Origin: Rickettsiales bacterium
GTDB taxonomy: Bacteria; Pseudomonadota; Alphaproteobacteria; Rickettsiales; UBA1997
Length of the DNA: 36,131 bases
Assembly (NCBI GenBank): GCA_032119875.1
Contig: JAUMFK010000008.1
Span: forward strand, 3,937 to 40,067
Reading direction: 5' to 3'
Both the position numbers and the translations under genes were made by a program. Shown here piece after piece: positions 28,432-36,131 of this stretch. The notes beneath the pieces are model-generated. The model saw only the letters and a program-made list of their open reading frames with translations. It was not told where the DNA came from and did not search any database. How positions within the stretch are numbered: the first letter of the stretch is position 1; each line of letters opens with the position of its first letter.

Positions 28432-30351
28432 ATGAAAAAAATTCGTCAAATAGCTTCTGGAGTGGCTTTAAAATTAGTGGTTGGGCTTGTTATTTTAAGC
28501 TTTGTAGTTTTTGGTGTGGCTAGTTTTTTGTCTCAATCTGGTGATGTTTGGGCAATTAAAATTGGCAATAAAAAAATTTCTTATCAAAAAGTGCAACAAG
28601 AAATTAACAATTATCGCAATAATTTATTAGCTTTGCTAAAAGAAAATCCGCAACAACAAGCCCAAATAGAGCAAATGTTAGAGCCTAGCTATTTGCAACA
28701 GCAAGTAGTTAATTCAATTATTACTAGTGGTGTTGTTGAGCAGTTTGCCAAAGATTTAAAAATTACCGCCGATGAAAATCTGATTTATCAAGAAATTGTA
28801 AAGCAAAAAATTTTTCATAATAAAGATGGTAAATTTGATAAACAATTATTTCAAAATTTCTTGAAAAATCAACAATTAAGTGAGCAAAGTTATATAAAAA
28901 ATATTGCTAGTCAAGTTGGCGGGCAAATGATTCAAAATAGCATTATTATGGCAAACCCCATAAACCAAAGCTTGGCTCTCGATTTATATTCATTTAATCA
29001 AAATATGGTATTTTATGATTTGCTTGAGGTAAAAAGCGAAAATGTGCCAGTCAACACTAATATTTCCGATGCCGAAATTAATGAATTATATCAAAAAAAT
29101 CCACAATCTTATCAAACTCCCGAATTACGCAAAGTGCAATATGCTGTTCTCGATAAAAAATCAGTAGTAAATGGTGTTGAAATTTCAGAACAAGAGGCTC
29201 TTGATTATTATCAGCAAAATCAAGAAAATTATCAAATTCCAGAAAATCGCGATGTTTATCATTTAATGTTTGATACTCAAGAAAAGGCAAATAATTTTAT
29301 TGCCGAATTAAATAAAAAAGCTTCACAAAATATTGCACAAAACTTTTTAGATTTAGCTAAAACTGTTTCTAATAAAAAACTAGAAGAAGTATCAATTATT
29401 GGTGTTGTCAAGGGGCAAATTTTGCCAGAGTTAGAAAAAACAATTTTTGCCTTACAAGTAAATCAGTTAAGCCCTGTGATTGAAAGCAAAGCAGGTTTTC
29501 ATATTGTGTTGCTAAATAAAATAAATTTGCCAAAAACTCTTGAATTTGTCGATATTTCTAAACAAGTAAAAGAAAAATTGCTTCTTGAAAAACAAAATAA
29601 ATTGTTTAATAAATTATTAAAAGAAATTAACGATTTTACTTTGGTAAGCAAATCTTTTAGCGATTTTGCCAAAAATTTTGCATTAAAAGTTGTTGATGTC
29701 GAGCAGAAAATTGCTAAAAATCAACCAACTCAAAAAGAAACCGAATTTTTGCCAGATTTTACTAATCAAGTATTTGCTACTAATCATAAGCAAATTAGCA
29801 AGCCTATTCCTTTTGGCGAAAAATTTTATTTTGTTTTTGTAACCGAAGTGGTTCAGCCCCAGCAATTATCTTTATCTGATGCTAAACATTTAGTTAAGCA
29901 AGATTTAATTTTAGCAAAACAAACTAAAGAACTACCTAATTTTGCTGATAATTTAGCCAAGCAAATTGCTGAAAATCCTAGTTTACTTGCTAATTTAGTT
30001 GCAAAATATAAAATGAAAATACAAAAAAATAATAGCATCACCAGATCTGATCTTAATAATTTATCACAAAATGAGCAACCAGAAGCTGTGCCAGTTATTA
30101 AAATTCTTACACAATTGTTCACCCTTCCTTTAAATAGCATAAGCAAACCAGTAATGTTTAGTAATGATATTTATTTTTTAGCAATGGCAAAAGAAAAAAA
30201 GCAAAATACCGCCAACCTCGATATTGCTATCGAATCTAAAAAAGATACATTTAATTTGTTGAGATACGATTTATTCTCTGCTTATCAAAATTATTTGCTA
30301 AAAAATAAATATCCAATTACAACTAACAAAAATATTTTAGCAATAGAATAA
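28432..30351 (+). CDS. ppiD: Membrane-anchored periplasmic chaperone PpiD
   Basis: N-terminal TM 'ILSFVVFGV', SurA-like domain, 'PELRKVQY' and parvulin 'SPVIESKAGFHIV'; lies upstream of trpE as in many alphaproteobacteria. Confidence 0.8.
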   Translation: MKKIRQIASGVALKLVVGLVILSFVVFGVASFLSQSGDVWAIKIGNKKISYQKVQQEINNYRNNLLALLKENPQQQAQIEQMLEPSYLQQQVVNSIITSGVVEQFAKDLKITADENLIYQEIVKQKIFHNKDGKFDKQLFQNFLKNQQLSEQSYIKNIASQVGGQMIQNSIIMANPINQSLALDLYSFNQNMVFYDLLEVKSENVPVNTNISDAEINELYQKNPQSYQTPELRKVQYAVLDKKSVVNGVEISEQEALDYYQQNQENYQIPENRDVYHLMFDTQEKANNFIAELNKKASQNIAQNFLDLAKTVSNKKLEEVSIIGVVKGQILPELEKTIFALQVNQLSPVIESKAGFHIVLLNKINLPKTLEFVDISKQVKEKLLLEKQNKLFNKLLKEINDFTLVSKSFSDFAKNFALKVVDVEQKIAKNQPTQKETEFLPDFTNQVFATNHKQISKPIPFGEKFYFVFVTEVVQPQQLSLSDAKHLVKQDLILAKQTKELPNFADNLAKQIAENPSLLANLVAKYKMKIQKNNSITRSDLNNLSQNEQPEAVPVIKILTQLFTLPLNSISKPVMFSNDIYFLAMAKEKKQNTANLDIAIESKKDTFNLLRYDLFSAYQNYLLKNKYPITTNKNILAIE

Positions 30352-30376
30352 AACTATTATTTCGTCTTAATTTTTT

Positions 30377-33663
<3,287 letters not shown>

Positions 33664-33674
<11 letters not shown>

Positions 33675-34491
33675 TCAAAAAACTTTAGCAATTATTGCAG
33701 GAAGGGGCAACTTGCCTCTTTTAATCATAAAAACATGCCAAGAGAAACAGCAAAAATTTGTTTTGTTGTTGCTAGAAAGCGAAAAATATGAAGTCGATTA
33801 TAGTCAATATCATCCAATCTACATAACTTATGGTGAAGTTGAAAAATTATTAGCAATTTTTGCTTTACATAAAGTAAATCAACTAATAATGGCAGGGGCG
33901 GTTAACAAGCCAAGTTTTTCGCAACTGAAAGTTGATAAAACAGGCGGTTTTTTGTTAGCAAAAATTGTGGCAAATAAAATTTTAGGTGATGATGCAGTGC
34001 TTAAAACAGTAATTAACTTTTTTTTACAACATAAAATTGAGGTGCTAAAAATTAGCCAAGTGCTTGATTGCTTGGCAAATAACCCAGGAGTTTTAACTAT
34101 CGCCCAACCTAATTCTGCACATTTACTTGATATTAAATTAGGCAAAACTGCGATTAAGCATTTTTCTGCTTTTGATGTGGGGCAGGGGGTGGTTGTGGCA
34201 CAAAAACAAATTATTGCTATTGAGGCAGTTGAAGGCACTGATGCAATGATTGCTAGATGTCAAAATTTAAGCATTAGTTATAATAAGCAGGCAATTTTGG
34301 TGAAAATGTCAAAACAAAAACAAAGTCAAAAAGCCGATTTACCTACAATAGGCCCTCACACTATAATTAATTTATCTAATGCCGGTTTTTCTGGCTTGGC
34401 TATTGAATTAAACAAAACTATTATTTTACAAAAAAATGAAACCATAAATTTAGCCAATCAATTTGGTTTGTTTATTGTGGTAATTTGTTAA
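33664..34491 (+). CDS. lpxI: UDP-2,3-diacylglucosamine hydrolase LpxI
   Basis: 'IIAGRGNLP', 'DVGQG', 'AIEAVEGTDAMI' and 'DLPTIGPHT'. Confidence 0.93.
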
Positions 34492-34495
34492 TGCC

Positions 34496-35695
34496 ATGAG
34501 CGGTTTATTAGCAAAACTGCCTTGCGAAGTGCAGAAAATACTCAAAATTTTTGGAGCAGATATTTGTTTGGTTGGCGGTGCGGTGCGAGATTTATTACTA
34601 AACAAAACTACTTCCGATTACGATTTCTGCTCGTTGCTTGCCCCAAAACAAGTGCAAGAAAAATTATTGCAACATCACATTAAAAGCCTCGATATTAATG
34701 CAAAATATGGCACCATCATTGCCTTGGTTGGCAATTTTCAATTACAAATAACCACTGCACGCACCGAAAAAAATTTTACTGGCAGGGCTTGCGAGGTTGA
34801 GTTTGGCAAAAGCAACTATCAGCAAGATGCAGGCAGGCGAGATTTTACTATTAATGCCTTATATCTTAATTTTTGCGGTGAAGTGCTCGATTTTTATAAC
34901 GGCAAGCAACATTTGGCAGAGCGAAAAATTGAGTTTATTGGCGATGCCAAGGCAAGAATTTATGAAGATCACTTACGAATTTTACGTTTTTTTCGTTTTA
35001 ACATTTATTATAGCAATCATTATCAACCCAAGCAATTAGCGGTTTGTTTGCAATATTCTTTATTGCTTGGCAAAATTTCTAAACCCAGAATACGTGAAGA
35101 AATGCTAAAAATTTTGTTATCTTTTAATTATCATCAGCCGATTTTTGCTTATTTAAACGATTTGGCAGATTTTACAGGTTGGCGATTGCAAATTGCTGTT
35201 TTGCAAAAAGTGGTTGCTAAAACCAAGCCCAAAGAAACCGATATTTTGCTTGCCTTGGCGGTGTTAGATGCGAATTTTGATCTCAACAAAATGGCAAATA
35301 TTTTATGTTTAACAAGAGCGGAAAAAAAATTATTTTACCATCTGCAAAATCATAGAAAGATCTTGCAAAATCTCGATCAGAGCAATATTGTTTGTCAATT
35401 AATTTTGGTGGCACTGAATATTAAGGGCGATTATTTGCAAAAATTGTTATTATTTTTGTGGGCAGAAAATATTTTATCCGATGCAGATTATGAAAATTTT
35501 TTAGCTAAAAGCAAGGTTTGGCAACAAAAAACTTTGCCAATAAGTGTTGAAGATTTAATAAATATCGGAGTTTCAAAGCAACATTTAAGCCAATCTTTAC
35601 AACAGCTTAAAAAAATTTGGGCAGAGCAAAATTTGTTGTTAAACAAAGAGCAATTGCTAGATTTATTTATGTTGGGCAGAAATATTAATTTGTAA
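34496..35695 (+). CDS. cca: CCA tRNA nucleotidyltransferase (class II)
   Basis: 'LVGGAVRDLL..DYDF', 'RRDFTINA' and 'EDHLRILRFFRF'. Confidence 0.88.
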   Translation: MSGLLAKLPCEVQKILKIFGADICLVGGAVRDLLLNKTTSDYDFCSLLAPKQVQEKLLQHHIKSLDINAKYGTIIALVGNFQLQITTARTEKNFTGRACEVEFGKSNYQQDAGRRDFTINALYLNFCGEVLDFYNGKQHLAERKIEFIGDAKARIYEDHLRILRFFRFNIYYSNHYQPKQLAVCLQYSLLLGKISKPRIREEMLKILLSFNYHQPIFAYLNDLADFTGWRLQIAVLQKVVAKTKPKETDILLALAVLDANFDLNKMANILCLTRAEKKLFYHLQNHRKILQNLDQSNIVCQLILVALNIKGDYLQKLLLFLWAENILSDADYENFLAKSKVWQQKTLPISVEDLINIGVSKQHLSQSLQQLKKIWAEQNLLLNKEQLLDLFMLGRNINL

Positions 35696-35698
35696 TTT

Positions 35699-35871
35699 AT
35701 ACCATTTCAACTTTAAAATTAATCAATCTAACAAAATATTTTTGAGATAAAAACTTTAAAAAACGAAAGCTGTATATCTATACAGCTTGAGGCTTTTTGA
35801 AGCTTTTTAGCCAAAAAGATGAAGTTAGATTTATTAAATATCTAACAATGTATTTTAAGTTGAAATGGTAT
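35699..35871. mobile_element. MITE family A, full-length copy 2 (173 bp, inverted relative to copy 1)
   Basis: Same TIRs. It differs from the reverse complement of 9181-9354 by 4 substitutions and a 1-nt indel (hand alignment). It starts 3 nt after the cca stop codon. Confidence 0.9.
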
Positions 35872-35890
35872 AAGATTTGGTGTTAAACTG

Positions 35891-35936
35891 CAATGTTATT
35901 TTAGATTTTTTGCTAGTAAAGTCTAAAATAACATTG
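35891..35936. terminator. Long hairpin between convergent genes (possible terminator)
   Basis: Perfect 15-bp inverted repeat CAATGTTATTTTAGA / TCTAAAATAACATTG with a 16-nt inner region. Confidence 0.55.
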
Positions 35937-35989
35937 TGTTCTTTTAATGGCATTATTGAGCTATTTTACTTATTATCGGCTTTAAATCA

Positions 35990-36130
35990 CTATCTAGTAG
36001 TAGTATTAGCACACAAAAATCTAGCAGTAGCAGCAACAAGATTATTAAAAGAAGAAGCGCCTCTTCTTAGTAATGTTGTTTTGCTAGGAGGTTCTTCAAT
36101 AGTTGTTGTTTCTTTTTGTAATGAATCACC
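35990..36130 (-). CDS. 3' end of a hypothetical protein running off the window
   Basis: Open frame ...GDSLQKETTTIEEPPSKTTLLRRGASSFNNLVAATARFLCANTTTR*, ending about 50 nt before the hairpin. Confidence 0.55.
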   Translation of the reverse strand, partial: GDSLQKETTTIEEPPSKTTLLRRGASSFNNLVAATARFLCANTTTR

Positions 36131-36131
36131 A

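Overview
AT-rich chromosomal segment from an alphaproteobacterium, most likely a metabolically richer, deep-branching member of the Rickettsiales. This assignment is inferred from TrcR/DUF1013, LpxI, a Rickettsiales-type FolC and an RvhB7-like lipoprotein occurring together with hisZ and trpE. Most of the window is tightly packed housekeeping genes (gyrB, nrdR, ccmE, ctpA, surA, apaG, birA, bcp, tsaE, rluD, ppiD, trpE, obgE, lpxI, cca, tRNA-Arg). No transposase, integrase, CRISPR array or defence island is visible. The main unexplained structure is in the intergenic spacers. (1) A TA-flanked MITE family has two ~174-bp copies and a 59-bp deletion derivative; the long copies carry a near-consensus CTGT-N8-ACAG (gamma-type LexA box) palindrome, and some ends create outward-facing extended -10 promoters. 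(2) A second repeat family with IS26/IS6-like ends (GGCACTGTTG) sits in the same spacers. (3) Three orphan, effector-like ORFs interrupt the housekeeping blocks. Two small genes missing from the ORF track were recovered by hand: ccmD and a VirB7/RvhB7-like lipoprotein. Other oddities are two FolC paralogues, a GyrB with the D426N-equivalent residue, and an MrpD-like protein that lacks key charged residues. All homology calls come from motif recognition, not database searches.
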